From Polyangiales bacterium (GTDB lineage Bacteria > Myxococcota_A > Polyangia > Polyangiales > Houyiibacteriaceae): 64,000 nucleotides of DNA. This document shows positions 1 through 10,276 of this stretch, piece after piece (within the stretch, counting starts at the first letter, position 1; the number at the start of each line of letters is the position of its first letter). The notes beneath the pieces are model-generated. The model did no database searches and had not been told where the DNA came from. It worked only from the letters and a program-made list of their open reading frames with translations. The translations under genes and the position numbers were made by a program. The DNA lies in contig JBGCFM010000039.1 in NCBI GenBank assembly GCA_045106895.1, positions 64,001 to 128,000 of the forward strand, in the 5' to 3' direction.

Positions 1-2
1 GC

Positions 3-785
3 ATTCGCACGGCGAGCAATATCAACCTGAACCGGGTCAATGTCGCCGATCTTGAGGCGCTCTACCCGCTGCTGCGTGATGCGGGCGTCACAGCGTGGCA
101 GGTGCAGCTTACGGCGGCGCTCGGGCGCGCGGCGGACCGGCCGCAAATGCTGCTCCAACCTTATGAGCTCATCGCGTTGATGCCGCGCATCGCAAACCTC
201 AAGAGACGCGCGCACGAAGACGGCATGCTGCTTATGCTGGGCAACAACCTTGGCTACTTTGGCCCCGACGAGGCGACGTTGCGCTCTTTGAAACCCGGCG
301 CGGAAGACCATTGGCAAGGATGCCAAGCAGGGCGCTTCGTCATGGGCGTCGAATCGGACGGGGGGGTCAAGGGCTGCCCGTCGCTGCAAAGCGCTCACTA
401 CATCGGCGGTCACCTTCGAAAGCGTTCACTCAAAGACATCTGGGATGACGCACCGCAGCTGGCCTTTGCTCGAGCGCGAACCCGTGAAGACCTATGGGGA
501 TACTGCGCGGAGTGCGCGTACGGCGACACGTGCCTCGGCGGGTGCTCGTTCACGGCGCACGCGCTCTTCGGCAAACCCGGAAACAACCCCTACTGTGTTC
601 ACCGCGCCCGTATGTTCAACAAGCGCGGACTGAAAGAGCGTTTGGTGGCCGGCGAGGCTGCCAAAGGCCTCCCCTTTGATAACGGCCGCTTCGTCATCGA
701 AGAGGTCGCCTTCGATGCGCCGGAGGACACGCTCGCCCTGGACGGCCTCGTGAGAATCGGACGCAAGCCCGCGCGCACTCACTGA
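3..785 (+). CDS. Radical SAM/SPASM-domain protein, C-terminal part (5'-truncated by the window); resembles peptide-maturase-type SPASM enzymes
   Basis: Frame is open from position 3 (IRTASNINLNRVN...AWQVQLT). SPASM-type Cys pattern: CQAG...GVESDGGVKGCPSL...LWGYCAECAYGDTCLGGC...GNNPYCVHR. Confidence 0.85.
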   Translation: MRTASNINLNRVNVADLEALYPLLRDAGVTAWQVQLTAALGRAADRPQMLLQPYELIALMPRIANLKRRAHEDGMLLMLGNNLGYFGPDEATLRSLKPGAEDHWQGCQAGRFVMGVESDGGVKGCPSLQSAHYIGGHLRKRSLKDIWDDAPQLAFARARTREDLWGYCAECAYGDTCLGGCSFTAHALFGKPGNNPYCVHRARMFNKRGLKERLVAGEAAKGLPFDNGRFVIEEVAFDAPEDTLALDGLVRIGRKPARTH

Positions 786-854
786 GGGGCAGGGAGGATC
801 CAGAGCTTCGCGGCGAACCGGCGCGGAGGAATGCAGGCAGGCCCTAGCGTTGTT

Positions 855-873
855 GATAATGATTTTCACAATC
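855..873. promoter_or_regulatory. Fur-box-like operator
   Basis: GATAATGATTTTCACAATC matches the classical GATAATGATAATCATTATC at 15/19 positions; it is an AT-rich patch in an intergenic region of GC-rich DNA. Confidence 0.6.
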
Positions 874-997
874 ATCAGCTGGCGGGTTCGCGACAGCTTT
901 GCGCGGCCTAAATTGAGTAGTTCACGCGCGCCGCCAACGAGTGAATCCCTGTTAGTCTGCCGGTGGTGCTTCGAAGACGGCCCAGCAGGACTCTCGG

Positions 998-2779
998 GTG
1001 AGTTCGAGTCACGACGAGCGAACCCGGGTGGACCGGCCAAGTTCCAGGAGCAGCTCCGGCGCTTCCTCGCCGAGCTCGGCCCGCGCTCGAACAAAGTTCG
1101 CCGACAAGACCATGCACGTCGATGGCCACGGCCTGACGCTGGGTGATGTCATCGGCGAAGGCGGCATGGCCGTGGTCCACCGCGGCGAGCAGAAGTCCCT
1201 CCGGCGGGAGGTCGCCATCAAGACCATCGTGGAGCCGGAGGAGCGGAACAACCTGCTCCGCGAGGCGTACGTCACGGCGGTCTTAGAGCACCCCAACATC
1301 GTCCCCATTCACGAGCTTGTCTTCGACGCGACGGGCCGCCCGATGCTCGTCCTCAAGCGCATCGAAGGCGAGTCTTGGCTTGAGCAGATGAAGCAGGAGT
1401 ACCGCATCGAACCCGATGACGGTCCGGACTTCATCGAGTGGAATATTCGTATCTCCATTCGCGTATCCCGCGCGCTCTCCTTTGCTCATACCCGCGGCAT
1501 CGCCCACCTCGACGTGAAGCCTTCCAACGTCATGGTTGGCGCCTTCGGCGAGGTGTACCTGCTCGACTGGGGACTGGCAGGCTCCTTCGATCCCAACGAA
1601 CACTTCTTGCCCTCGATACCAGACGGTCAGCGCGCCGGGACGCCGGGGTACATGGCCCCGGAGCAGTGGCGCGGGAAGGCCGCAGAGGTCGGCCCCTGGA
1701 CGGACGTCTACCTCTTGGCGGCGAGTCTCTACCACGCGCTCTCGGGCGCCCCACCGTGGACGCGCGTCGGCAAGAAACGAGAGGCGCAGACCGGCGAGCG
1801 CAAGCTTCCACCATCGCTGCTCGAGATACTCAATCGCGCCATGAGACCCGACCCAACGGACCGAATCCCGAGCGCCGCTTCGTTTCGCCAAGAGCTCGAA
1901 AGCTACCTTCGGCAGCGCGGTTCCATTCAACTGGGGCACCGCGCGGCGGAGCTCGCCCGAGACGCCGTGCTGCAACGTGGCAAAGGAAAGCTGGACTCCG
2001 CGGAGTATTCATCGGTGGAAGCGGCGGCGACATTCAGCGCAGCACTCTCCCAGTGGCCTGGAAACGAAGCGGCGATGCGAGGCCAGCTGCGACTCGCACG
2101 TTCCCGCATCGACGACGCCCTCAGCCGCGACCAGCCTGGCGTCGCGGCGCGTATCCTTGCTGCCATCGTCGACCCACCTGCCGACTTACGGAAACGTGTG
2201 GAGCAGGCCGTCGCACTCGCAGAACACGACGCGTCCGAAGTGCGTTCCCTTCGCCATGACCAGGATCATGGCGTCGGCATGGACCTGCGCATCCTGGTCA
2301 TGGCGCTCTGTGGACCACTCTGGATCGGAGGCTGGGTCATCGGCGCCATCACGGAGAACGTCTTTGCGTCCTTGGTGCTCCTCGTTGGCGGAACCTTCGC
2401 GTGGAGCGCCGGCCTCTGGGCCGTCGGTGGAGAGCTATTGTCGAACCGTCTCAACCGAGTCGTCGTCTTCGACATCTTCTGCACATTGTGCGCGTTCATC
2501 GGACTGACGAGCATTGCCTATGTACGCGGTGACTCCTTGCTCTCACTTGCCCCTGCGTTTCTCATCGTCCACGCCTGCAGTACGGCAATGGTGGCCGTAG
2601 TCTTCGACATGCGCCTCGCACTCTTGGCGGCGGCGTGGGCGTTACTCTTCCCCCTGTCCTTGTTGTGGCCCGACCTTGGCTTGTGGATCATCGTGCTCGG
2701 CAACACGGCGATGGTCCTCGGATCGATGTGGGTCAACTACCGCGTGCGCCAGGCGGCAAAGGCCGCGGCGAAGCAGTGA
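998..2779 (+). CDS. Ser/Thr protein kinase with a C-terminal multi-pass membrane domain
   Basis: IGEGGMAVV, VAIK, HLDVKPSNV, DWG and GTPGYMAPEQ motifs; about 6 hydrophobic helices at the C-terminus. Confidence 0.92.
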   Translation: MSSSHDERTRVDRPSSRSSSGASSPSSARARTKFADKTMHVDGHGLTLGDVIGEGGMAVVHRGEQKSLRREVAIKTIVEPEERNNLLREAYVTAVLEHPNIVPIHELVFDATGRPMLVLKRIEGESWLEQMKQEYRIEPDDGPDFIEWNIRISIRVSRALSFAHTRGIAHLDVKPSNVMVGAFGEVYLLDWGLAGSFDPNEHFLPSIPDGQRAGTPGYMAPEQWRGKAAEVGPWTDVYLLAASLYHALSGAPPWTRVGKKREAQTGERKLPPSLLEILNRAMRPDPTDRIPSAASFRQELESYLRQRGSIQLGHRAAELARDAVLQRGKGKLDSAEYSSVEAAATFSAALSQWPGNEAAMRGQLRLARSRIDDALSRDQPGVAARILAAIVDPPADLRKRVEQAVALAEHDASEVRSLRHDQDHGVGMDLRILVMALCGPLWIGGWVIGAITENVFASLVLLVGGTFAWSAGLWAVGGELLSNRLNRVVVFDIFCTLCAFIGLTSIAYVRGDSLLSLAPAFLIVHACSTAMVAVVFDMRLALLAAAWALLFPLSLLWPDLGLWIIVLGNTAMVLGSMWVNYRVRQAAKAAAKQ

Positions 2780-2801
2780 GGTACAGCGCGCCGAGAGAAA
2801 A

Positions 2802-3551
2802 TCAGAGCGCGGAAAATGCGCTGGCGGGGAGGACCGTGGAGGGCCCCGGTCCCATGGGGTTGAAGTACACGGCGTCGATCTTCTGTTTCGCGACGTGCTG
2901 CTTCAGCTCTTCCGGCGTCGCGATGACTTGCTCGATCTGCGCGACAAGCGCTTCGTCAAGAGCGCCCGTAAAGGCGTCGTAGGCATCCGGTGTCACGCAA
3001 AGAACGCCCGGCTGATCGAAGCCTCCATATCCGGGTTTGCTGATCATTCGTCCGTCGGCGAAGAAAGGAAGGTAGTAGCGCGGGTGCGTCCGTAGACGCT
3101 CGAGCATCGTCGCCGAGAACACACCGTCTGTGACGTATGGGAGACCCCGCTCGACGGCGATTCCCGTGGCCCACTCCGTGAGCCCGCCGTAGGCGTCTGG
3201 TGTGAAGCGCAGCTCGTCTTCTGTGTATCCGCCGGGGTTGATGCGGACGGCAGCGCTGTCTTTCATCAGCGCACCGAAGAGCTCCGTGCCAGGGATGCCG
3301 CTGACGTACGTTCCCAGACGCGTACCACTTTGGGACGCATGCGTGGCCGTCGCCGCCTCCGTGAAGACCCAGAGCTCTCCTTCGGGGACCACGTGCTGTC
3401 CATCGAAGCAGACTTTGCGTCCTTCCGTGGCTTTGTCGAAGAGCCACGCCGGCGCGAGCCACTCGGTGTGCTCCATGAACGCGCGCATCACGACGGGCTC
3501 AGCGCACTCCCCGCGGTCAAAGGCCAGGCGAGCGGCGCGTGGCCGGGACAT
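2802..3551 (-). CDS. Hypothetical protein, possibly two SseB-like domains
   Basis: Two halves, WVFT...GTELF...VRINPGG and LCVT...AVYFNPMGPG. Co-oriented behind the ALDH gene; start could be the GTG at 3569. Confidence 0.5.
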   Translation of the reverse strand: MSRPRAARLAFDRGECAEPVVMRAFMEHTEWLAPAWLFDKATEGRKVCFDGQHVVPEGELWVFTEAATATHASQSGTRLGTYVSGIPGTELFGALMKDSAAVRINPGGYTEDELRFTPDAYGGLTEWATGIAVERGLPYVTDGVFSATMLERLRTHPRYYLPFFADGRMISKPGYGGFDQPGVLCVTPDAYDAFTGALDEALVAQIEQVIATPEELKQHVAKQKIDAVYFNPMGPGPSTVLPASAFSAL

Positions 3552-3576
3552 TGGAGGCGGGTCGTACACGGTTCGG

Positions 3577-5130
3577 CTACTTTAGACCAAGGACGCGGTC
3601 GAGTAGGCCGCGATCTCCCTGAATCGCCGTTCTTTGCGAATAAAAGTCGAGGCCGCGGAGCCCGCCAAGCTCTTCACCACCGCCCGCGCGGCCTGGGCCA
3701 CCGTGCACGCACGAGGGCAAAACCACGCCTGGCCCGGTCGCTTGGCCCTGTACTTTCTTGCTTCCGACGAGCACGCGGCCGCTCCACGGGGCAATTCCCA
3801 ATAGCGCCTCGCCCAGGAAATTGCGATCGTCGGTGTAGACAGATGCCACGAGACCGCCCTCTCCGCGCGCGACGAGGGCCGCCGCGTCCTGTGCGTCCGT
3901 GTACGGAAGAAGCGTCGATACGGGCCCGAACACCTCGTGCGCGTGAACCGTGGCGCACTCATGAGGCGCGTCGCAGGCGAGGAGCATCGGCGCGAAGAAG
4001 AAGCCTTTTCCTTCGGGCACGCCGACGGGCTTGGCGCTCGAGCGCCACACCTCTCGGCATCCATCCGAGAGGAGGCGGTCGACGCCGGCGTTAACGTCGT
4101 CGAGCTGCTGCTTTGTGGCCAAGGGCCCCATTCGAACACCTTCGGCGTCAGGAGCACCGAACTGCGTGCGTCCCATCTCTTCACCGAGGGCCGTGGCCAC
4201 GGCGTCGAGCTGCGCTTCGGGCACCATGATGCGGCGCGTGGCGGTGCACTTCTGACCCGTCTTCTGAGTGATCTCCTTGGCCGTGTCCGAGATGAACATG
4301 TGCCACGCTTCGCTGCCGACTTCGACGTCGGTTCCCAGGACCGTCGCGTTGAGGCTGTCCGCTTCAACGTTGACGCGCACCGAGTTTGCGATGACGGCCT
4401 TCATCCCGCGGAGGTAAGCGCCAGTGTCGCCGCTGCCGGTGAAGGCGAGGACATCTTGAGGGCCGACGTGTTCGAGGAGGTCACCGGCGCTGCCGCAAAG
4501 GAACTGAAGCGCGCCCTTGGGAAGAATGTCCGCCTCAACGATCTTCTCCATGCATCGATGCGCAAGGAGCGCCGTCGAGGTGCCGGGCTTGGTCACGACG
4601 GGCATGCCAGCGAGGAGAGCGACGGCGGCTTTCTCGAATAAGCCCCAGGCTGGAAAGTTGAACGCGTTGATGTGAATCGCCACACCGCGTCGAGCCGACT
4701 TGATGTGGTGGCCCCAAAAGCGCGCGCCGCTGGTAAGAGCTTCGCCCTCTCCCTCGACGAGGTAGGTCCTATCGCCGAGCTTCTTCCCGAGGGAGGCGTA
4801 GTAGCTGAGCGTCCCGGTAGCCCCGTCGATATCGAACTTGGCGTCGCCGCGCGGGGTTCCTCCGTTGATCATCGACGCTTCGATGAGCTCTTCCCGGGCG
4901 TTGTAGAGCGCCTTGCTCATTCCCTTGAGGAGCGCCCCTCGTTCGGCGAAGCTCATCGCCCGCAACGCAGGGCCGCCGACGTCGCGGCCGTGCTTGAGCA
5001 TCGCGGCGCGGTCGATGCCGGTGGTGGAGGCGGTAGCCACGGTCTCTTCCGTGGTGGGGTTAACGAGGACTCCGCCCTCCCCTTCGCCGTCGGTCCAGGA
5101 ATCAAGAACGTAGCTCTTTAGGCGTGTCAT
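3577..5130 (-). CDS. PaaZ-N/BoxD-type aldehyde dehydrogenase (3,4-dehydroadipyl-CoA semialdehyde dehydrogenase-like), without a MaoC hydratase domain
   Basis: HINAFNFPAWG, FTGS, EADSLN, catalytic GQKCTA, EVFGPV and HGGPGRAGGGEELGG motifs; about 517 aa. Confidence 0.88.
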   Translation of the reverse strand: MTRLKSYVLDSWTDGEGEGGVLVNPTTEETVATASTTGIDRAAMLKHGRDVGGPALRAMSFAERGALLKGMSKALYNAREELIEASMINGGTPRGDAKFDIDGATGTLSYYASLGKKLGDRTYLVEGEGEALTSGARFWGHHIKSARRGVAIHINAFNFPAWGLFEKAAVALLAGMPVVTKPGTSTALLAHRCMEKIVEADILPKGALQFLCGSAGDLLEHVGPQDVLAFTGSGDTGAYLRGMKAVIANSVRVNVEADSLNATVLGTDVEVGSEAWHMFISDTAKEITQKTGQKCTATRRIMVPEAQLDAVATALGEEMGRTQFGAPDAEGVRMGPLATKQQLDDVNAGVDRLLSDGCREVWRSSAKPVGVPEGKGFFFAPMLLACDAPHECATVHAHEVFGPVSTLLPYTDAQDAAALVARGEGGLVASVYTDDRNFLGEALLGIAPWSGRVLVGSKKVQGQATGPGVVLPSCVHGGPGRAGGGEELGGLRGLDFYSQRTAIQGDRGLLDRVLGLK

Positions 5131-5260
5131 GGGGCGCAACGTCGAACGAAAGCCCGGCGGGTGCCATGAGAGGCCTCACCCTGCTGGGCTCTTGCACCAC
5201 AAAGAGCACCGCAGAAGACGAAACCGGTGACAGTCTGCGCAGGACGCGGTAGATCGCAGA

Positions 5261-6970
5261 ATGGCTATTTCCCCTGCGCTCAAAGAGCGTGTCCTGGCCT
5301 GGCAGGCCGAAGATCCCGATGCGATCACCCGCGCTGAGCTCCAAGAGCTCCTGGATGCGGAAAGCGACGAAGTGCTGGAAGAGCGCTTCTCCGGAATGCT
5401 CCAGTTTGGCACCGCCGGGCTGCGCGGGCTCCTGGGCGCTGGCCCCCAGCGAATGAACCGATGTGTCGTGCAGCGCGCCACAGCCGGCTTTTGTCGTTAC
5501 CTAATCAAGACGGTCCCCGACGCCAAGGAGCGCGGAATCTGCATCGGCTACGACGCGCGCCGCATGAGCCGCGAGTTCGCCGAAGATGTCGCCAATGTGG
5601 TGGCCGGACATGGACTCGTCGCCCACCTCTTCGAAGAGCAGACCCCGACGCCCCTCGTCGGCTTCGCTGTACTCGATCTAAACGCCGCAGGCGGCGTTGT
5701 GATCACGGCGAGCCACAACCCGCCGGACTACAACGGCTACAAGGTGTTCTGGGGCAACGGCGCACAGATCATCACGCCACACGACGCGGGCATCGCCGCC
5801 GAGATCGAGGCCATCGACACCCTCGCATCCATCGAGCAGGCGCCAAAGAGCGAGCTCATCCGAGCCGTGTCACCCGACGTGAAAGAACGCTACCTGACAG
5901 GCGTGCAGAAAGCCCAGCGTCACCCAGAGCTTCCTCGTGACCTGACCATCGCCTACACCGCAATGCACGGAGTCGGCGGCGCCGGCATCAAAGAGACCTT
6001 CGCCCGAGCCGGGTTCACAAAACTCTACGACGTGCCTTCCCAGGCGGAGCCCGACGGAATGTTCCCCACCGTTGCCTTTCCGAATCCGGAAGAAGACGGC
6101 GCGATGGACCTCGTCCTGGAGCTCGCCGCCAAGCACAACGCGGACCTTGTCCTGGCGAACGATCCCGACGCGGACCGCTTGGCCGCGAGCGTCCTCCACG
6201 ACGGCAAGTACGTGGTGTTGACCGGCAACGAAATCGGATGCCTCTTGTCGCACTACTTGCTGGAAAACAGCACCGGGGATGACCGCCTCGTGCTCTGCTC
6301 CGTCGTCAGCTCACCCATGCTGCTCTCCATCGGCAAAGCGCACAACGTCCGCGCCGAGCAGACCTTGACGGGCCACAAGTGGGTCCAGAACCGTTCGCTT
6401 CAGCTGGAAGCGGAAGGTTACCGCTACATCTTCGGCTTCGAGGAAGCGCTGGGGTACGGCATCGACACCCTCGTCCGAGACAAGGACGGCATCAGCGCCG
6501 CGCTCTGCCTCGCCGACATGGCGGTGTATTGCAAAAGCCAGGGCAAGACCCTCGTCGATGAGCTCGAGGTGATGGCACGCCGTTACGGCCTGTTCTTGTC
6601 CGACCAGATCTCCATCGTTCTTCCCGGCGCAGACGGCCGGGCGCAGATCGAAGGTCGCATGCAGGCGGCACGAGAAACCCCGCCGAAGAGTCTGGGTGGC
6701 AAAGCCGTCACCGCAACGCAGGACTTCCAAACCGGCAAGCGCACGACAGCGGAGGGCGACGTCTCCGACCTGACTTTCCCGCCGGCGAACGTCGTTCTCT
6801 TCGAGCTCGAAGGGAATCACCGCGCCATGCTGCGGCCGAGCGGTACCGAACCGAAGATCAAGCACTACATCGACGTGTGCATCGAGATTCAGGACGGCGA
6901 ATCCATCGGCGACGCACGAGCACGGGGCGAAGCCCTGGTCGCGGCCATCGCTGCAGACTTCGCGGTCTAG
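5261..6970 (+). CDS. Phosphomannomutase/phosphoglucomutase (phospho-sugar mutase)
   Basis: FGTAGLRG, TASHNP, DPDADR, FEEALG and RPSGTEPKIK motifs. Confidence 0.95.
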   Translation: MAISPALKERVLAWQAEDPDAITRAELQELLDAESDEVLEERFSGMLQFGTAGLRGLLGAGPQRMNRCVVQRATAGFCRYLIKTVPDAKERGICIGYDARRMSREFAEDVANVVAGHGLVAHLFEEQTPTPLVGFAVLDLNAAGGVVITASHNPPDYNGYKVFWGNGAQIITPHDAGIAAEIEAIDTLASIEQAPKSELIRAVSPDVKERYLTGVQKAQRHPELPRDLTIAYTAMHGVGGAGIKETFARAGFTKLYDVPSQAEPDGMFPTVAFPNPEEDGAMDLVLELAAKHNADLVLANDPDADRLAASVLHDGKYVVLTGNEIGCLLSHYLLENSTGDDRLVLCSVVSSPMLLSIGKAHNVRAEQTLTGHKWVQNRSLQLEAEGYRYIFGFEEALGYGIDTLVRDKDGISAALCLADMAVYCKSQGKTLVDELEVMARRYGLFLSDQISIVLPGADGRAQIEGRMQAARETPPKSLGGKAVTATQDFQTGKRTTAEGDVSDLTFPPANVVLFELEGNHRAMLRPSGTEPKIKHYIDVCIEIQDGESIGDARARGEALVAAIAADFAV

Positions 6971-6996
6971 CGGCTAGCGACACGTCCCGTCGGGGC

Positions 6997-8598
6997 CTAT
7001 TGCTCCGTGTTGAAGGAGTCGATGTCTGGAACCTGAGCGCCACCCACGGCGACGGGTTCTAGGTCGTCTTCACCGCCGCGCGCGTACCAATAGTGCACGA
7101 CCTCCATGCTCGCCTCGGACCAGAGGTGCCAATGCCAGAACTCCATGTCGAATCGGAAGTCCCGCGAGTAGGGGATCGCGTCGATGACATGAAAGCGATG
7201 GAGAGAGATGATGCCTCGCTGCATCGGCGCGCCGGAGCGCACCTGCCCGTGATACGGCACACTAAAAAGTGATGGGTCAGTGAACGCGTAACCGTAGTAG
7301 TCCTCGGTTCCAGTCCCCGGAAAACTCGGAGCCCCCACCGGGTCTCCGTCGACGTAGATACGTTCGTCCCCCTCACCCCACCATGTCGTCGTCGGGTTAC
7401 CGATGGTGGCCGTGTTGCCGACGTACACGCCTTCGCCCTGGAGGTGAACCCACGGGAGGTCCTGACGGACGGCATCGAAACGTGGATGAGCGCGCCAGCC
7501 GGAGTGGAAGTAGCGAGTGCCTTCCTCAAAGGCACGAGCCTCATGTTCGACTCGCAAGGTCGGAATGACATCCAGCGCGCTCGCGCCCTCAAGTTCGATG
7601 ATCGCCTCCTGCGCGAAGGGCATCGGAAAGTATGCACTCAACCCGGCGCCATCGACCTCCGTCAACAGAGAGCGGTGAGCGTTCTGTCCAACGCCGCTGC
7701 CGAAGAAATCACTGAGCGGCGCGCGAACGGTCTCTTCGCCGTCAAAGGAGATCGAGAGCACGGCGGCTCTCAGCGCCTCTTCGCTCTCCCCAGCGGTGTC
7801 GACGTGAAGCGCGCGAATCACCTCGCCATTTGGGCTGGCCGCCACGACCAGAGGATTCGCTGCCGTTCCTTGGGATGTCTCGCCTGTGAGCTCACGCTCG
7901 ACTGTGAGTGCCGCACGAGCACGTTCGATGGCGACGGCGTTGTCGCGTAACGTGTCCTCGTCGAAGCTTGCCACAACGTCGTCATCATAGAGCCGGTAGC
8001 CGACGTGGTAGTAGAGCAGCCCCTCGTCTTCGCGGATCTCGGGCCGACGAACGAAGCCATCGTCGACGGTTACCATCACACTTTGCTGAAACGGAATCGG
8101 GAAGTAAAAGTTGTATCCGCGAGAGGCGACGTACGCAAAGGGGGCAGAGAACGGCTCCACTTCGCCTGAGAGAAAGTCCGCCATGTTTTCCTCGATGGTG
8201 GGCACGTCGCTCCCATCGAAGTAGATCCGCAAGGTCCCGCGTGGGTTCGCGGACCAAATTCGAACCAGAGCGCCCGAGCCAACGGTCTCCATAATGACGG
8301 CTTCGCGTCGGCCCTCTCGCTCGATCATTCGGCGAAAGTGGCCTTTGTCGACGTTGCTCCACCACTCACTCGCGCTCGGATCGGAACCGCCGGGCTGCTG
8401 GCTCGACTGCTGCAACGAGCGGTAGGGGTGCTGCTCCGCCTCAAGCCAGGGCTCGAGGGTGTGGAGCTCTTCGAGGAGCGACGCAAAGGCAAACGTGGGC
8501 TCTCGCGGAGGAGGCGCAACATCCTCGCAGGCGACGAAGAGAAAAGCGGCCAGCACGGCGTAAGTCGATAGGTGCACAGGACCTAACCTAATCGACAC
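6997..8598 (-). CDS. DUF2961 / glycoside hydrolase family 172-like lipoprotein
   Basis: Lipobox FVAC; GALVRIWSANP, YFPMPF, WWGEGDE and GTGTEDYY motifs. Confidence 0.82.
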   Translation of the reverse strand: MSIRLGPVHLSTYAVLAAFLFVACEDVAPPPREPTFAFASLLEELHTLEPWLEAEQHPYRSLQQSSQQPGGSDPSASEWWSNVDKGHFRRMIEREGRREAVIMETVGSGALVRIWSANPRGTLRIYFDGSDVPTIEENMADFLSGEVEPFSAPFAYVASRGYNFYFPIPFQQSVMVTVDDGFVRRPEIREDEGLLYYHVGYRLYDDDVVASFDEDTLRDNAVAIERARAALTVERELTGETSQGTAANPLVVAASPNGEVIRALHVDTAGESEEALRAAVLSISFDGEETVRAPLSDFFGSGVGQNAHRSLLTEVDGAGLSAYFPMPFAQEAIIELEGASALDVIPTLRVEHEARAFEEGTRYFHSGWRAHPRFDAVRQDLPWVHLQGEGVYVGNTATIGNPTTTWWGEGDERIYVDGDPVGAPSFPGTGTEDYYGYAFTDPSLFSVPYHGQVRSGAPMQRGIISLHRFHVIDAIPYSRDFRFDMEFWHWHLWSEASMEVVHYWYARGGEDDLEPVAVGGAQVPDIDSFNTEQ

Positions 8599-8639
8599 GG
8601 ATGTGCCCCGCCAAAGGACCCAAGCAGGTGGGTTCTCGC

Positions 8640-9626
8640 TCAGGACGTGAGGTCTGGCGCGTCACGGCGTGTTGGGTCCGCCGCGACAAGCTCCCGCAGT
8701 CGCGCCGTCGCGCGCATCCATGGCGCCAGGCCCAGCCCGCCGCCGAGAATACCAAGGGCACCGAACGCCAGGAGGAGACGACTCGAAAGCGCGCCGCTGC
8801 GCGAGAACGCACCGACGGCGGCGACGACGCCGAGGAGACACCAGAGGCGCGCCACCATCAGGCGTCTCTCAAGCTCAGAGCGATAGTCTTCCCAGGACAT
8901 GAGCGGACCCAAGAGCGCCACGTGGGCCGGCGCACCTTCGCCCTCCGCCTTGGCTTTGTTCAGGGCGTCTTCGGCCCCGGGAAGCCAGTGTTTGAGATTC
9001 TGCGCCGAGGCGTCCTGGGCCATCGCCGGACGTGCGCCGAAGGCGTCGATATAACGGGTGGCCGCAGCGATGAGGGCGCCGTCGAGTTCTTCGTCCGTGA
9101 CGTCGCCATCTGCGCCGCCGTCTACGAGGGACTGGCGGACGCGGCGCTTGAAGACGTGCTCCCCCTCGTAGGCCTCAGCGACGTAGAAATGTGAAGGAAA
9201 CCGGCGCGCTTCGAAGAGCATCGCAAGAGGCGGGAAAAAGATCAGCGTGCCCATACGCAGCGGCGCAGCGGGATAGCCGTGCGTCAGCCGGTGAACGATG
9301 GCGCTGGGGACCCCTTGTTGAACCAGCGCCTCGGCCTGCTCTTCCACGACGCGAAGAAGCGGAAGGCCCGCTGAAGCGCATGCGCGGAGAAGATCACGCC
9401 AAGCGGCATCCACCTCATCGCGAGCGAGGGCGGCCCCCACCCCGGAACTCGCCATCGGCAACCCGCCCATTCGCCTCGGCGCGTCGCTCAACGATTTCGA
9501 GGCGGCGGCGACCTGTCTGGACGCCGCGACGTCGGCCGGGGGCGCCTTGGCGGGCGCCGGGTCTTGCGAAGGCGACGGGCCCGAATCACACGAGAACGTG
9601 GGGGCTTTGAGGAGTTTGTCGCTCAC
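8640..9626 (-). CDS. Hypothetical membrane protein
   Basis: 328-aa ORF filling the gap, with two C-terminal hydrophobic helices; TAGGTT box 6 nt before the GTG. Confidence 0.6.
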   Translation of the reverse strand: MSDKLLKAPTFSCDSGPSPSQDPAPAKAPPADVAASRQVAAASKSLSDAPRRMGGLPMASSGVGAALARDEVDAAWRDLLRACASAGLPLLRVVEEQAEALVQQGVPSAIVHRLTHGYPAAPLRMGTLIFFPPLAMLFEARRFPSHFYVAEAYEGEHVFKRRVRQSLVDGGADGDVTDEELDGALIAAATRYIDAFGARPAMAQDASAQNLKHWLPGAEDALNKAKAEGEGAPAHVALLGPLMSWEDYRSELERRLMVARLWCLLGVVAAVGAFSRSGALSSRLLLAFGALGILGGGLGLAPWMRATARLRELVAADPTRRDAPDLTS

Positions 9627-9679
9627 GGCGGGAACCTAGCACACGCCTGTGTGACGGCCCGCCGCGCGCGATTCGGGGC

Positions 9680-10276
9680 CTAGCCCTTGATAAGCCGGTT
9701 CGCGAGAGCGTTCCAGCGTCGTGCGAGGTCCGCGTCGTTGGCGGCGCGGTCCGCCATGTAGCGATGGTGTTGCTGAACTTGCACAGGACCGTCGGGGTCC
9801 GGGAGTTCGAGCCACGTGCGCTGCGCACGCCGGCGATGGTGATTCGCCATGGCTCGACCTACGAGAATGCACGCGGGCGTGTCGACGGGCGCCATGAAGT
9901 CCTCGGGAAGCTCCACGTAACGCTCAAGAAGGCGAACGTCGGCGCCGACCAAAAAGGCGTAGCGACGGAGGTCGCCCATGGAGTGAAACGGCAGGACCTC
10001 GCCGCGGTCGAGGTCGACGTTGTGCCGACGGGCATCGATGACAACCTCCTGGCGTAGGAATGTGTCCGGCAGGTCGATGACGCACTCGCGCACCGGCTCT
10101 TCGATACGCATGCGCGTACGGCCGCGCATGCGACCGGCGGAGGCTGTCAGCTTTGAAATCGCACTTCGCCAACGCAGACGATCAGGGTTTCGCTTACGCA
10201 CGATGCGAACGGCTTCGGTGCTTTTACCGCGGCGCTGGTGTTGTTCCACGGCGTCGGTGACGCGGGATGTCGTCAT
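9680..10276 (-). CDS. Hypothetical Arg-rich cytoplasmic protein
   Basis: ATG at 10276 preceded by GGAGG; coding-like composition. Confidence 0.7.
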   Translation of the reverse strand: MTTSRVTDAVEQHQRRGKSTEAVRIVRKRNPDRLRWRSAISKLTASAGRMRGRTRMRIEEPVRECVIDLPDTFLRQEVVIDARRHNVDLDRGEVLPFHSMGDLRRYAFLVGADVRLLERYVELPEDFMAPVDTPACILVGRAMANHHRRRAQRTWLELPDPDGPVQVQQHHRYMADRAANDADLARRWNALANRLIKG

